This document shows, piece after piece, positions 35,824-44,808 of a DNA stretch of 48,654 nt. The position numbers and the translations under genes are program-made. Where the stretch lies: sequence record SRR22947727_329. One strand, written 5' to 3'. The notes below the pieces were generated by a model. That model was not told where the DNA came from. It was given only the letters and a program-made list of their open reading frames with translations, and ran no database searches. The stretch's first letter is position 1; each line of letters begins with the position of its first letter.

Positions 35824-35880
35824 GCGTGCCATGCAGGCTCGCTCCGACATCTTAGATTCACCCCAATCAGGTCGTCTTCT

Positions 35881-36132
35881 GTGTCCATCGATAATCTCCT
35901 GTCTTCGGTCTCGTCAGACACGCTGCTTGTGATCGGTGGCTATGCGGCTTTGGGTGGCCTCTACCTAGTCGTGATGCCACTTGCACTCTTCTTTTGGATG
36001 AATCGGCGCTGGCATGTCATGGGGAAGATTGAGCGCTTCTCTGTGTATGGGCTGGTGTTTTTCTTCTTTCCAGGAATGATTGTGTTCGCACCATTCCTCA
36101 ATCTCCGCCTCAGCGGTCAAGGGGAGGTTTAA
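35881..36132 (+). CDS. ndhL: NDH-1 subunit L
   Basis: [13 protein letters not shown]...WMNRRW...ER...[16 protein letters not shown]. Confidence 0.92.
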   Translation: MSIDNLLSSVSSDTLLVIGGYAALGGLYLVVMPLALFFWMNRRWHVMGKIERFSVYGLVFFFFPGMIVFAPFLNLRLSGQGEV

Positions 36133-36136
36133 GTCT

Positions 36137-36484
36137 TTGACGCGTGCCGGTGTTCTCAAGCTTGGTTTAGGTCTCTTACTCGCTGGGGGTGTTGGATTTT
36201 GGCTATTTAAGGCCGCAGGGTTTGAGGGGTTTTCAGCAGGAATCGCTGCTGAGGCCGTGTTGGTGGTGATTGTCGTGGTCTGGACAGGCTCCTACCTCTT
36301 CAGGGTGGTGACAGGGCAGATGACGTACATGCAACAGCGTCGCCGCTATCGAAAGGAGTACGACCAACTCACAACCGATCAGCTTCAGGCTCGTTTTGAT
36401 GCCTTGAGTCCGGATGAGCAGCAAGCCCTGCTCGCATCTCTCAATTTGGATGAGTCTGAATCGGAACAGACCACAGAACCGTAG
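36137..36484 (+). CDS. DUF3007-like membrane protein
   Basis: Two TM helices, WTGSYLFRVVTGQMTYMQQRRRY; likely TTG start at 36137; ndhL-trpA context. Confidence 0.8.
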   Translation: MTRAGVLKLGLGLLLAGGVGFWLFKAAGFEGFSAGIAAEAVLVVIVVVWTGSYLFRVVTGQMTYMQQRRRYRKEYDQLTTDQLQARFDALSPDEQQALLASLNLDESESEQTTEP

Positions 36485-36512
36485 GCTCCGTTAATCAGAC
36501 CCTCTGCTTTCT

Positions 36513-37319
36513 GTGACGGAACAACTTTCCAGGATTGAAGCGGTTTTCTCCCGAACGGCTCAGGAACAACGCATGGCATTGATGCCATTTCTGATGGCAG
36601 GGGATCCAGATTTGAGCGCGACTGCTGAAGTGCTCCTGAGCCTTCAAGCCAATGGCGCTGACATTGTGGAGCTTGGCATCCCCTATACGGATCCATTAGC
36701 GGATGGGCCTGTGATTCAGGCTGCTGCCTTTCGGGCCTTGGCGCAAAAGACCACGCCAGCGAAAGTGATCGAGATGTTGGCTGGCTTGAAAGATCAGCTC
36801 AGCATGCCCGTGATTCTGTTCACTTACACGAACCCTCTTCTCAATCGTGGACCGGAGCGCTTCTTTGCGGAAGCATCTGCTGCTGGTGCGGCAGGCTTAG
36901 TGGTGCCTGATCTTCCTTTAGAGGAAGCAGAGAGATTGTCTCCTTTAGCTGCATCATTTGGATTGGATTTGGTCTTACTCGTTGCACCAACAACACCGCA
37001 AAATCGGATGCAGAGGATTGCTGAATCCAGTCGTGGTTTCACTTATTTGGTGAGTGTGACCGGTGTGACCGGCGAGCGCGTCAAGCTCCAGGATCGCGTA
37101 GCGACGTTGGTTAGCGATTTGAAGGCGTGTAATAGCCGTCCAGTGGCTGTTGGGTTTGGGATTTCTGGGCCTGACCAAGTTTTGCAAGTGAAACAGTGGG
37201 GGGCTGATGGTGCAATTGTTGGTAGTGCTTTGGTTAAACGAATTGCCGCTGCTTCGCCCGGAAACGCTGCTCTTGAAGCTGGAGAGTTTTGTCGGCAACT
37301 TAGGGATGCCGCTGGATGA
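36513..37319 (+). CDS. trpA: Tryptophan synthase alpha subunit
   Basis: [42 protein letters not shown]. Confidence 0.97.
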   Translation: MTEQLSRIEAVFSRTAQEQRMALMPFLMAGDPDLSATAEVLLSLQANGADIVELGIPYTDPLADGPVIQAAAFRALAQKTTPAKVIEMLAGLKDQLSMPVILFTYTNPLLNRGPERFFAEASAAGAAGLVVPDLPLEEAERLSPLAASFGLDLVLLVAPTTPQNRMQRIAESSRGFTYLVSVTGVTGERVKLQDRVATLVSDLKACNSRPVAVGFGISGPDQVLQVKQWGADGAIVGSALVKRIAAASPGNAALEAGEFCRQLRDAAG

Positions 37320-37332
37320 TCTGGCTAGCTGA

Positions 37333-37359
37333 TCGATGCCGTTGTTGCAAAGGCATCGA
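37333..37359 (+). terminator. Hairpin directly after trpA
   Basis: TCGATGCC...GGCATCGA 8-bp stem with an inner TTG/CAA extension; no clear U-tract. Confidence 0.4.
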
Positions 37360-37379
37360 ATCGAAGGTTCCTTAGGCAG

Positions 37380-37394
37380 ATCGTTAATAACGAT
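37380..37394. promoter_or_regulatory. Perfect 7-1-7 palindrome upstream of the YciI gene
   Basis: ATCGTTA-a-TAACGAT; an operator role is inferred. Confidence 0.4.
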
Positions 37395-37471
37395 TCAATG
37401 AATACAAGTCGTTTGTGCAACCAGAAGATGCCATTCTATTGTCAACAAAATACTTAAAGGGGGATGGACTA

Positions 37472-37741
37472 GTGGCACGTTTTGTTCTTTGGGGAACATA
37501 TTGCGATGGCGCACTTCAAAAGCGTGAGCCTTTTCGAGATGAGCATCTTGCTGGACTGCGTGCGCTCAAAGAACAGGGAACATTAATCACGCTGGGCCCT
37601 ACAGAAGGCAGTACGCACGTGTTTGCGATTTTTGAATCAGACAGCAAAGCAAGCGTTTGTGCCCTACTTGAGCAAGACGTGTACTGGCGTGAAGGGATCT
37701 GGACACAGCTTGATGTTTATCCCTGGGTCCAGGCCTTTTGA
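37472..37741 (+). CDS. YciI family protein
   Basis: FVLWG.YC...KREPFRDEHL...LGPT...DVYWREGIW; GTG start at 37472. Confidence 0.85.
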   Translation: MARFVLWGTYCDGALQKREPFRDEHLAGLRALKEQGTLITLGPTEGSTHVFAIFESDSKASVCALLEQDVYWREGIWTQLDVYPWVQAF

Positions 37742-38049
37742 GCTTGTTGCCAAACCCATTCACCCACAATCACATCACCACCCTCACCAAGGGTTTCGGC
37801 GTAACCACTCATTTGTCCGATTCCTTCTCGGGCGACTTGCGCGATGGCCTCACTGCTATCGAGTCCACGCTTTGATAGCGCTTTGATCTTGAGAGTGCGT
37901 CCTCGACGAATAATGTTTTCGCCATTGGGGTGGCAACTCGCGCAATTGTTTTGAAACAACGAGGCTCCCGACTCAACGGCAAGTGCAGTTGAAGGCCACA
38001 AGAGCATTACGGCAAGCAGGATTGATGAGAGGAGTCGAATCATGCTCAC
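37717..38049 (-). CDS. Cytochrome c6-like protein (c6B/c6C type)
   Basis: Signal peptide ending ALA, CASCH heme motif, axial Met in GIGQMSGY. Confidence 0.88.
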   Translation of the reverse strand: MSMIRLLSSILLAVMLLWPSTALAVESGASLFQNNCASCHPNGENIIRRGRTLKIKALSKRGLDSSEAIAQVAREGIGQMSGYAETLGEGGDVIVGEWVWQQAQKAWTQG

Positions 38050-38145
38050 AGAGGGTGGTAGAGCAATAGTTTGCTTCCTTGTTCGGCGACGTGCTGATGC
38101 TTGTCTCGATTGTTGGCAGGATTAGAGAATTGATGGACATTCCCC

Positions 38146-38718
38146 TTGGCCGAAAAGGATCTTCAGCGATTCCTGCAAAAGGTGAATCATCTGAATGGCT
38201 TGGTTCAGTCCCTTCACGAGCATCCTGAGCGACGTGAGCAGCTCGCCGCTTGTGACGATCACAACTCAGTTGTGCAACTTGCCCGTTCCTGGGGGTTCGA
38301 GATCGCTCGACGATGGGGTGATGGAGAGGGGGAAACGATTGATAGGCCGTTTAACAACCTGTTTCATGGTCAGGATTTAGATGATGGCGAGGAGCACGAG
38401 CGGATGCTTTGCCAAGGTCCTGATTGGCGCTTGATGCGGATCGAGTCATGCGCGGCTTCCAGCCCTGAAGGGTTCTGGTACGACCAGGCTGAAAACGAGT
38501 GGCTGACCCTGATGCGTGGCAGCGCCAGATTGCAATTCAAGGATCCCGAGGAATGTTTTGATCTCAGTGTGGGTGATCAGCTCTTGATTCCAGCCCATCG
38601 TCGCCACCGTCTCGTGAGGACAGATCCGCACCCTGGAACGTTATGGCTTGCTCTGTATTGGGCTGTGAACTCCAGTCCTCCTGTCTTGTCGCTGAATCAA
38701 GAGGGGTTGAGCGTTTGA
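38146..38718 (+). CDS. Nif11-like domain/cupin fusion protein
   Basis: N-terminal MAEKDLQRFLQKV...LAAC...VVQLARSWGFEI; C-terminal cupin WYDQAENEW..L.RGSA...GDQLLIPAHRRHR. Confidence 0.8.
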   Translation: MAEKDLQRFLQKVNHLNGLVQSLHEHPERREQLAACDDHNSVVQLARSWGFEIARRWGDGEGETIDRPFNNLFHGQDLDDGEEHERMLCQGPDWRLMRIESCAASSPEGFWYDQAENEWLTLMRGSARLQFKDPEECFDLSVGDQLLIPAHRRHRLVRTDPHPGTLWLALYWAVNSSPPVLSLNQEGLSV

Positions 38719-39136
38719 CGAGCCAGTAGGAGCCGGCAAGGGCAATCGAAGCGACACCAAGCCCAATGAGCAGTTGTGGTTTGTTCTCAGACCCTGAAGG
38801 TAAAACAATCACTTTTCGGGCAACAGCCGTTAAAGCTGTGACCAGAACGAGTTCAATCTGGATGACATGTTTCCTGAGGTAGCTGGTGACGTTCTGAAGA
38901 ACTTCAAGGGCAATCAGGACGGTTAGGAGATCTCCAAGAATTTTGATCAGTCCATCGCCGAGCCAGTAGGAATTGCGATCGGTGTAAATCAGCGCAAGGC
39001 TGACGCGAATGGTGAGTTGGATCAGGGCCGCCACAATCACCACAGCTGTGATGACTGTGAGCAGCTTGGCGACTTGTTGCTCTGCGGAGTCAACGAGCAG
39101 CAGGAAGGATCGACGCTTGCGACGGGCCTGAGGCAC
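38564..39136 (-). CDS. PsiE-family membrane protein
   Basis: LLTVLIALEVL, ELVLVTALTAVARKVIV; 4 TM helices. Confidence 0.82.
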   Translation of the reverse strand: MPQARRKRRSFLLLVDSAEQQVAKLLTVITAVVIVAALIQLTIRVSLALIYTDRNSYWLGDGLIKILGDLLTVLIALEVLQNVTSYLRKHVIQIELVLVTALTAVARKVIVLPSGSENKPQLLIGLGVASIALAGSYWLVKRSTPLDSATRQEDWSSQPNTEQAITFQGADLSSRDGGDDGLESRADHPH

Positions 39137-39142
39137 GGCTGA

Positions 39143-39400
39143 TCAGTTGGTGAATGGGTTGTAGTAAGGCTTGGCAGGGGTCGTACCTGCTGGGTTTTCG
39201 ATCTTGGTATTACAGGTGATCGAACCGTCGTCTCCCGTTACGCAATCAGTTGGCACCACAGTGCTGCCTGGCCCTGAACGGCTGTTGGGACCAAGCAGCC
39301 ATGTTTCTGTTTGAGCCTGCGCGATCTGGGGCGCAACAACACAGAGACCAGCACCAGCCATAAGTCCAACGCTGAAGACGAGGGAAGCGGATAAACGCAA
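39143..39400 (-). CDS. Small secreted hypothetical protein
   Basis: Likely TTG start at 39400; signal peptide ending AQA; mature part has C-x9-C. Confidence 0.65.
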   Translation of the reverse strand: MRLSASLVFSVGLMAGAGLCVVAPQIAQAQTETWLLGPNSRSGPGSTVVPTDCVTGDDGSITCNTKIENPAGTTPAKPYYNPFTN

Positions 39401-39440
39401 GGCAGGAAGGCATCTAAAACCACTTTGCCTGTGATTGCCC

Positions 39441-39770
39441 TCAGTTGCCGCGATCGTCGCGGATTTCGCGCAGAAGGAGATCGAGTTGGCCAAATGGATC
39501 GGTGTCTGTTGTTAAATCTCCTGCGGAGGCGTTGGCATGCGCTGGAGCGTTATTGATCCAATCGGCTTCGATGCTGCAAAGCTTCGCAGCGAGACGGGGT
39601 AGCCCTCCGAGCCGATGCTCTCTTTCAAGCACTTCCATCAGAGCGGGCATGCGCGTTGAGGTTGCTCGAAGGCTACGGCGAAGATCGGCTTGGGTTCGAC
39701 CCTGCTGTTTCAGCCAATCCTTCAGAACGAGAGCAAGCTCTTCCTCAACGTCTGGAGACCAGGGATTCAT
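39441..39770 (-). CDS. Hypothetical protein with a possible Cro/XRE-like HTH
   Basis: MNPWSPDVEEEL..LKDWLKQQGRTQADLRRSL; ATG at 39770 overlaps the upstream stop (ATGA). Confidence 0.7.
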   Translation of the reverse strand: MNPWSPDVEEELALVLKDWLKQQGRTQADLRRSLRATSTRMPALMEVLEREHRLGGLPRLAAKLCSIEADWINNAPAHANASAGDLTTDTDPFGQLDLLLREIRDDRGN

Positions 39771-40141
39771 GAGCGTCCGAGGGGGAACCATCGATCCAGT
39801 CTGCGTTGTGCCCGTAGACGGATGTCTGGTGTGATGTGTTTGCTGCATAAACCGATCACAGCTGTCAACGCAACAAGGTCATCGCTGAACCCCGCGACAG
39901 GAAGAAAGTCGGGAATGAGATCGGTCGGTATGAGCAGGTAGGTGAGCGCTGCCAGCATTGTGAGTCTGGCTTGAGGAGGAGTGGCCTGATCGATCACCAT
40001 CTCAAGGGCTTCAAGGGCTGGAGCCGCAATCGTTCTTCCAGCACGCCTGAGTAACCGCTGAAAGACTCCTTCATCAATGACGGAGCTGTCGATCACATCA
40101 GCTTCAAAAACGGAATCGGTGCAAGAAGAGGCATCAGTCAT
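39767..40141 (-). CDS. YkvA/DUF1232 family protein
   Basis: AALTYLLIPTDLIPDFLPVAGFSDD. Confidence 0.88.
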   Translation of the reverse strand: MTDASSCTDSVFEADVIDSSVIDEGVFQRLLRRAGRTIAAPALEALEMVIDQATPPQARLTMLAALTYLLIPTDLIPDFLPVAGFSDDLVALTAVIGLCSKHITPDIRLRAQRRLDRWFPLGRS

Positions 40142-40199
40142 GAACGATGCAGCATTGAGCAGTCAAGGTGCCTCCACTATCACTTAAATCGCTGGATTT

Positions 40200-41126
40200 T
40201 TAGTAGGCGGGTTCCACCAAGCCCTGTTGGATGCTGGTTTTACGCAGTTTGCGTAATGCTCTTTGAACCACCTGGCGGCAATATTCTCTGCTGCAATTCA
40301 TCTGTCGGGCAACTTCGGCAAGGGTGCGCCACTCGTGGCTTCCATCAAGGCCAAACCGCAGCATGACGATGGTTCTCTCCTTTGGGGTCAGGTTCGAATT
40401 GTCGAGCAGTTTCCAGGCGGAGTCTGTGCGCTCAGCGATTTCAGCCCGCTCCATCGGTGGGATTTCATCGCTTGGCAGCACATCCACCAATTCGGATGGA
40501 TCGGATTTCGACTTCACAACACCCTGAAGGCTCACCGTGACACTGCGGAGTTCACAGCCCAACAAGTCCTCAACCTCGCTGATCGGCAACTTCATGCTTT
40601 CGGCCAATTGCTCCGCGGATGGGGCAAGCCCATTGCTTTGCATGAGACGCGCTTTCGCAGCACGTAATTTCGTCAGTTTTTCATTGACATTGACAGGGAT
40701 GCGAATCGTTCTACTTTGCGTAGAAAGGGCGCGATTCAAGCCTTGGCGAATCCACCAATAGGCATAGGTAGAAAAACGATGGCCTCGGGTGGGATCGTAT
40801 TTTTCCACAGCTCTGGTCAGTCCGAGCGTGCCCTCTTGGATGAGGTCAAGAAGATCAAGTCCCTTGCCTTGGTAACGCTTCGCAAGATTGACAACCAACC
40901 TTAAATTGGCCGTAATCATTTGATTTTTTGCCTTTTCTCCCCGTTTGATTGTGCGCTTCTCTTCGTCGTTGTAAACGCACGCATCTCCTTCGCCACCTGC
41001 GATTGTGCAGCGCTCAGTCAGAGCTGCCATAGCCTGCACCTTGCGGCCCAGGGTTAATTCCTGTTCAGGCGTCAACAGTTGATGCCGACCGATTTCGCCG
41101 AGAAAAGCACTCAGAGAACTCACCAT
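40200..41126 (-). CDS. Group 2 RNA polymerase sigma-70 factor
   Basis: ANLRLVVNLAKRY, DLIQEGTLGL, RFSTYAYWWIRQ, region 4 HTH; no region 1.1. Confidence 0.93.
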   Translation of the reverse strand: MVSSLSAFLGEIGRHQLLTPEQELTLGRKVQAMAALTERCTIAGGEGDACVYNDEEKRTIKRGEKAKNQMITANLRLVVNLAKRYQGKGLDLLDLIQEGTLGLTRAVEKYDPTRGHRFSTYAYWWIRQGLNRALSTQSRTIRIPVNVNEKLTKLRAAKARLMQSNGLAPSAEQLAESMKLPISEVEDLLGCELRSVTVSLQGVVKSKSDPSELVDVLPSDEIPPMERAEIAERTDSAWKLLDNSNLTPKERTIVMLRFGLDGSHEWRTLAEVARQMNCSREYCRQVVQRALRKLRKTSIQQGLVEPAY

Positions 41127-41351
41127 CTGTGACTCCTGGTTTTCTTGAACTTAGGGCGAAAGTCTTTCTATCCAGATTGCGTAATAAAGACTGCGGAATT
41201 TATATTTATACCTTAATTCATGTTTTTATCGTTATTCATTATTGCTCCATGATTTCTTTTTGTTGCGCGTTAGCCAGAGGCCTGCAGGTGGTCCTTACGC
41301 CAGCGCGCTGGCAAGCCAGCAGCTACGGTCAGCCCCACTGAATCATTTGTT

Positions 41352-41843
41352 ATGCCGCTGGCCACTTTGCTGACTCCAGAAATCGCCAAAAGCGCTGGTG
41401 TGGCCTATGTGCACTATCTAAGTTTCATGCTTTGTTTTGCCGCTCTCGTGGTGGAGCGTCGCTTGTTGCGTCCAGATCCCGATCGACGGGCAGCTACGGC
41501 CATGGTGATCACTGACATCATTTACGGGATCGCCGCTTTGGCCCTGCTGGTGAGTGGCATTTTTCGTGTCTTGTACTTCGGGCAAGGCAGCGAGTTTTAC
41601 ACGACGAATCCTTTGTTCTGGTGGAAGGTGGGTCTGTACCTATCCGTGGGTGCCTTGTCGTTGTACCCAACAGTGACTTACATCCTCTGGGCAATTCCTT
41701 TGCGTAAGGGAGAACTCCCCAAGGTGTCTGAAGCGCTCGCTACTCGCCTGGGCTGGATTGTCAACATTGAGTTGGCGGGTTTTGCCCTTGTGCCCTTGTT
41801 GGCAACACTGATGGCGCGTGGTGTCGGACTACCGGCATCGTGA
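41352..41843 (+). CDS. DUF2214-like membrane protein
   Basis: AYVHYL, DIIYG, NPLFWWKV, ATLMARGVG. Confidence 0.8.
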   Translation: MPLATLLTPEIAKSAGVAYVHYLSFMLCFAALVVERRLLRPDPDRRAATAMVITDIIYGIAALALLVSGIFRVLYFGQGSEFYTTNPLFWWKVGLYLSVGALSLYPTVTYILWAIPLRKGELPKVSEALATRLGWIVNIELAGFALVPLLATLMARGVGLPAS

Positions 41844-41851
41844 TTTGAAGC

Positions 41852-42496
41852 ATGCAAGTTGACCCCTGTCCCCCAGTCCAGGCTCAGCAGATCAGGACCG
41901 ACTCGTTGCGAGCTAGTGATCTGACCAATGCGCCAGGGTACGGCTCCAGATTGGCGATTAGCTCATCTGGATTCCCTGTGCTGCATCGCTGGTGCGTCTG
42001 GGTTCAGCCAGCTGAAAGCACTGAGCCCAATCGCTGGGAAAGACGATGGTTCGGCGCTGTAGATCGTGCTCTTGATGAGTGGTCTGCTGTTTTGCCGATC
42101 ATCCGGGTTGACGACCCTGAGCGGGCTCATGTCCGAGTGGAACGTCGCAGGCCGCCCCGGCGACGTCTGGCTGATGGATGGCGAGCGAGCAATGGCAGAA
42201 GCGTCCTTCAGGTGTTGGAGGTACAACGGCAGGGGGTGTGGCGTCTTGAGCCCCAAGTCACCGTGATGGTGTCACCTGAGTTGAGATCGGAATCTCAACA
42301 GGCCACAGCGCTTCATGAGTTAGGACATGCGTTCGGACTATGGGCCCATAGCTTGGCGCCGAATGATGCGATGGCACCTGTCCAAGGAGCGTCCCCGGTG
42401 TTGAAGCTGTCGCCCCGTGATCAGCTCACTCTGGAGTGGATGCGACGGCAGCCCACTCGATTTGGACTGCCTTTGCCTGCGCCTGCAAGGCCTTAG
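41852..42496 (+). CDS. Zn-dependent metalloprotease (matrixin/M10-like)
   Basis: HELGHAFGLWAHS followed by Met-turn DAM. Confidence 0.8.
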   Translation: MQVDPCPPVQAQQIRTDSLRASDLTNAPGYGSRLAISSSGFPVLHRWCVWVQPAESTEPNRWERRWFGAVDRALDEWSAVLPIIRVDDPERAHVRVERRRPPRRRLADGWRASNGRSVLQVLEVQRQGVWRLEPQVTVMVSPELRSESQQATALHELGHAFGLWAHSLAPNDAMAPVQGASPVLKLSPRDQLTLEWMRRQPTRFGLPLPAPARP

Positions 42497-43161
42497 GAAC
42501 GCCTGGGCGCTCCACGTCGACTGGCGAGAACAGCTTGGACGTCTCGCCAGCTGACGTTGTGATGGGCTAGAGCCACTTGGAGGTGAAAAATTAAATCAGC
42601 AGCTTCACCTGCGATTTCGTTGGCGTTGTTGTCTTTGCATGCCATTACGAATTCTGCGCTTTCTTCACCGATTTTTTTGAGAATTCGATTGTCACCCCCT
42701 TCAAGCAATCGGTTGGTGTAACTCCCTTCGTCTGGGCAGTTGCGGCGATCTTCAATCACGCGCATCAATTCGGTGCAAGCATCGGCTGGTGGGGGTAATG
42801 CCTCGTGTCCTCCTTGGCTAGGAACTGGACCATCGTCATAGAAACAGCTGCGTGCTCCTGTGTGACACGCCACATCGCCGGTTTGTTCGATCGTGAGAAG
42901 CAATACATCAGCGTCGCAGTCGTAGCGAAAGCCCTTGAGACGTTGAATGTGACCGCTGGTTGCTCCCTTATGCCACATCTCTTGTCGAGACCGACTCCAG
43001 TAGTGCACTTCACCGGTGCTCAGTGTGAGTTCTAGTGCCGCACGATTCATCCAGGCCTGCATGAGGATGGCACCATCAAGCCAGTCTTGAGCGATCGCAG
43101 GGATGAGCCCCTTCTCATTGAAGCGGAGTTCGTCAATGAAGGCGATATCAGCGGCTGGCAT
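42493..43161 (-). CDS. hisIE: Bifunctional phosphoribosyl-AMP cyclohydrolase/phosphoribosyl-ATP pyrophosphatase
   Basis: YWSRSR, KGATSG, DCDAD, ACHTGARSCF, KKIGEE, EAADL. Confidence 0.95.
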   Translation of the reverse strand: MPAADIAFIDELRFNEKGLIPAIAQDWLDGAILMQAWMNRAALELTLSTGEVHYWSRSRQEMWHKGATSGHIQRLKGFRYDCDADVLLLTIEQTGDVACHTGARSCFYDDGPVPSQGGHEALPPPADACTELMRVIEDRRNCPDEGSYTNRLLEGGDNRILKKIGEESAEFVMACKDNNANEIAGEAADLIFHLQVALAHHNVSWRDVQAVLASRRGAPRRS

Positions 43162-43228
43162 CGGGCCTCGGTGCATTTAGATGTAGACAAGGTCAATTCT
43201 CCCGCAGTGTGCTCCCTCTTTTGAGCTG

Positions 43229-43714
43229 ATGTTTCTGCCTCCCGCCGGCTTCACCTGCAGCAAGCATTTCGAGGGGTATCCCTGCTGTCATAGGCAGTGG
43301 CAACACGAAGGACATTGTCATTTCGTCCATGGCTACAGCCGAAGCTTCACCTTTTGGTTTGCCGCTAAGGAGCTTGATGCATGTGGCTTTGTGGTGGATT
43401 TCTCAAGTTTGCGTCCCTTAGAGAAACAGTTGAGAGATCAGTTTGATCACACTTTTTTGGTCAATGATGATGATCCCTTGCTTGAACAGTGGCGTTCTCT
43501 GCATGAGCAGGGAGCCATCGATCTTCGCGTGATGAAAAATGTGGGAATGGAAAATACGGCACAATTATTGTGGAACTGGGCCAATGAACTCCTGAATGAA
43601 CGTGATCTTGGCCGAACCTGTTGTTGGAAAGTAGAAGCGAGAGAAAATATTAGTAATGAAGCAACATATTATTCAGTCCCACACTGGTTTGAGTCTACTG
43701 ATCCGGAGAAGTAA
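43229..43714 (+). CDS. queD: 6-carboxytetrahydropterin synthase (PTPS/QueD family)
   Basis: CHRQW..GHCHFVHGY, VVDF, FDHTFL, MEN, EARE. Confidence 0.8.
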   Translation: MFLPPAGFTCSKHFEGYPCCHRQWQHEGHCHFVHGYSRSFTFWFAAKELDACGFVVDFSSLRPLEKQLRDQFDHTFLVNDDDPLLEQWRSLHEQGAIDLRVMKNVGMENTAQLLWNWANELLNERDLGRTCCWKVEARENISNEATYYSVPHWFESTDPEK

Positions 43715-44744
43715 CTTTCTGCATCGAACTATTGCTTTTTACAGCTTGCATCGTATTGATCGTGCTGTGAGCCGTAGATCCTGCTCGAAGTGGATGATTT
43801 GATGATTGCTTTATTTTAATGCGCACAGGGAAACGTTGTGGCACTTTCACCCAATTACCAGTGGCATTCTGAGGTGGGAGAAGGGAGTAATAGGCTCCAC
43901 TACCTGAGCTAATATTAATAACAGTCCCTTCGAATTTCTTGCCTGGGTACATATCAAGCTTGATCGATGCTTTCATGCCAGGACGTATTCGATGAATTTG
44001 TGATTCTTTGTAGTTCGCATCAACCCACCATTGACTGTTGTCGACGATTTGGAAGAGAGCTTGCCCAGGTTTTACATACTGCCCTGTTCTGATCGTGAAT
44101 TTGTTGCTGATGAAACCATCAAAAGGGGCATGATATTTTGCGTAATTGAAGTTAATCTTTGCAGTTCCTAATTCGCTTGAATTTGCATCAATTAGTGATT
44201 CCTGCTCGAGAAGCTTTTGCGAAATTCTTCGTATCTCTGCTGTGGCTCGAGTGACATCTGCATCTGCTTCAATGGTGGAAGCTTGGAGCTCTTGTTCTTT
44301 TTCAAGGGAAACGACATCTTTCTCCAAAAGGAAGGCATAGCGTTTTTGGTTTAAACCAACTAGCCAACGAGAAGCCTTTTTACTTTTGAGATCGTCTTTT
44401 GCTTTTTGAAGCTCTTGATGCATGCTTTTTAAGTTTTTCTTACTGGCTTCAAGTTTGCTTGTTTTTTGATCAACAATTACCTGAAAGGAATCAGGAACAA
44501 TCTCATATATAAGCTCTCCTTTTTTGATAAATTGATTAGGTTGAATATGGATGTTTTTTATATAACCAGCGACATAGGGTGCGACTGTGACGGTATATGC
44601 ATGAACATATGCGTCTGGAGTGTTTGGATAGTAATGCCCATAAACGAAAAAGCCTGTTAATCCAAGCGTTGTGATTCCGCCGAGGATTCCACCGGTTAAA
44701 ATGAGCTTACGATTTTTGTTGTCCATCGCGTCCTGCTCAGTCAT
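43695..44744 (-). CDS. EmrA/HlyD-family periplasmic adaptor (membrane fusion protein)
   Basis: N-terminal TM, DAYV, coiled-coil hairpin, APFDG, WVDANYKESQ, SLLPPQNATGNWVKVPQRFPVRI. Confidence 0.92.
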   Translation of the reverse strand: MTEQDAMDNKNRKLILTGGILGGITTLGLTGFFVYGHYYPNTPDAYVHAYTVTVAPYVAGYIKNIHIQPNQFIKKGELIYEIVPDSFQVIVDQKTSKLEASKKNLKSMHQELQKAKDDLKSKKASRWLVGLNQKRYAFLLEKDVVSLEKEQELQASTIEADADVTRATAEIRRISQKLLEQESLIDANSSELGTAKINFNYAKYHAPFDGFISNKFTIRTGQYVKPGQALFQIVDNSQWWVDANYKESQIHRIRPGMKASIKLDMYPGKKFEGTVINISSGSGAYYSLLPPQNATGNWVKVPQRFPVRIKIKQSSNHPLRAGSTAHSTINTMQAVKSNSSMQKVTSPDQ

Positions 44745-44808
44745 AGCTTGATTTTGGGTGCCCCTAGGTGTAATTAATTGATGAGGACCTAATTACTATA
44801 ACGTGAAT

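Noticed and set aside
35629-35880. tRNA-Leu as an island integration site or group I intron host
   Set aside because: Flanks are core genes, no duplicated tRNA 3' end was seen, and the anticodon loop is uninterrupted.
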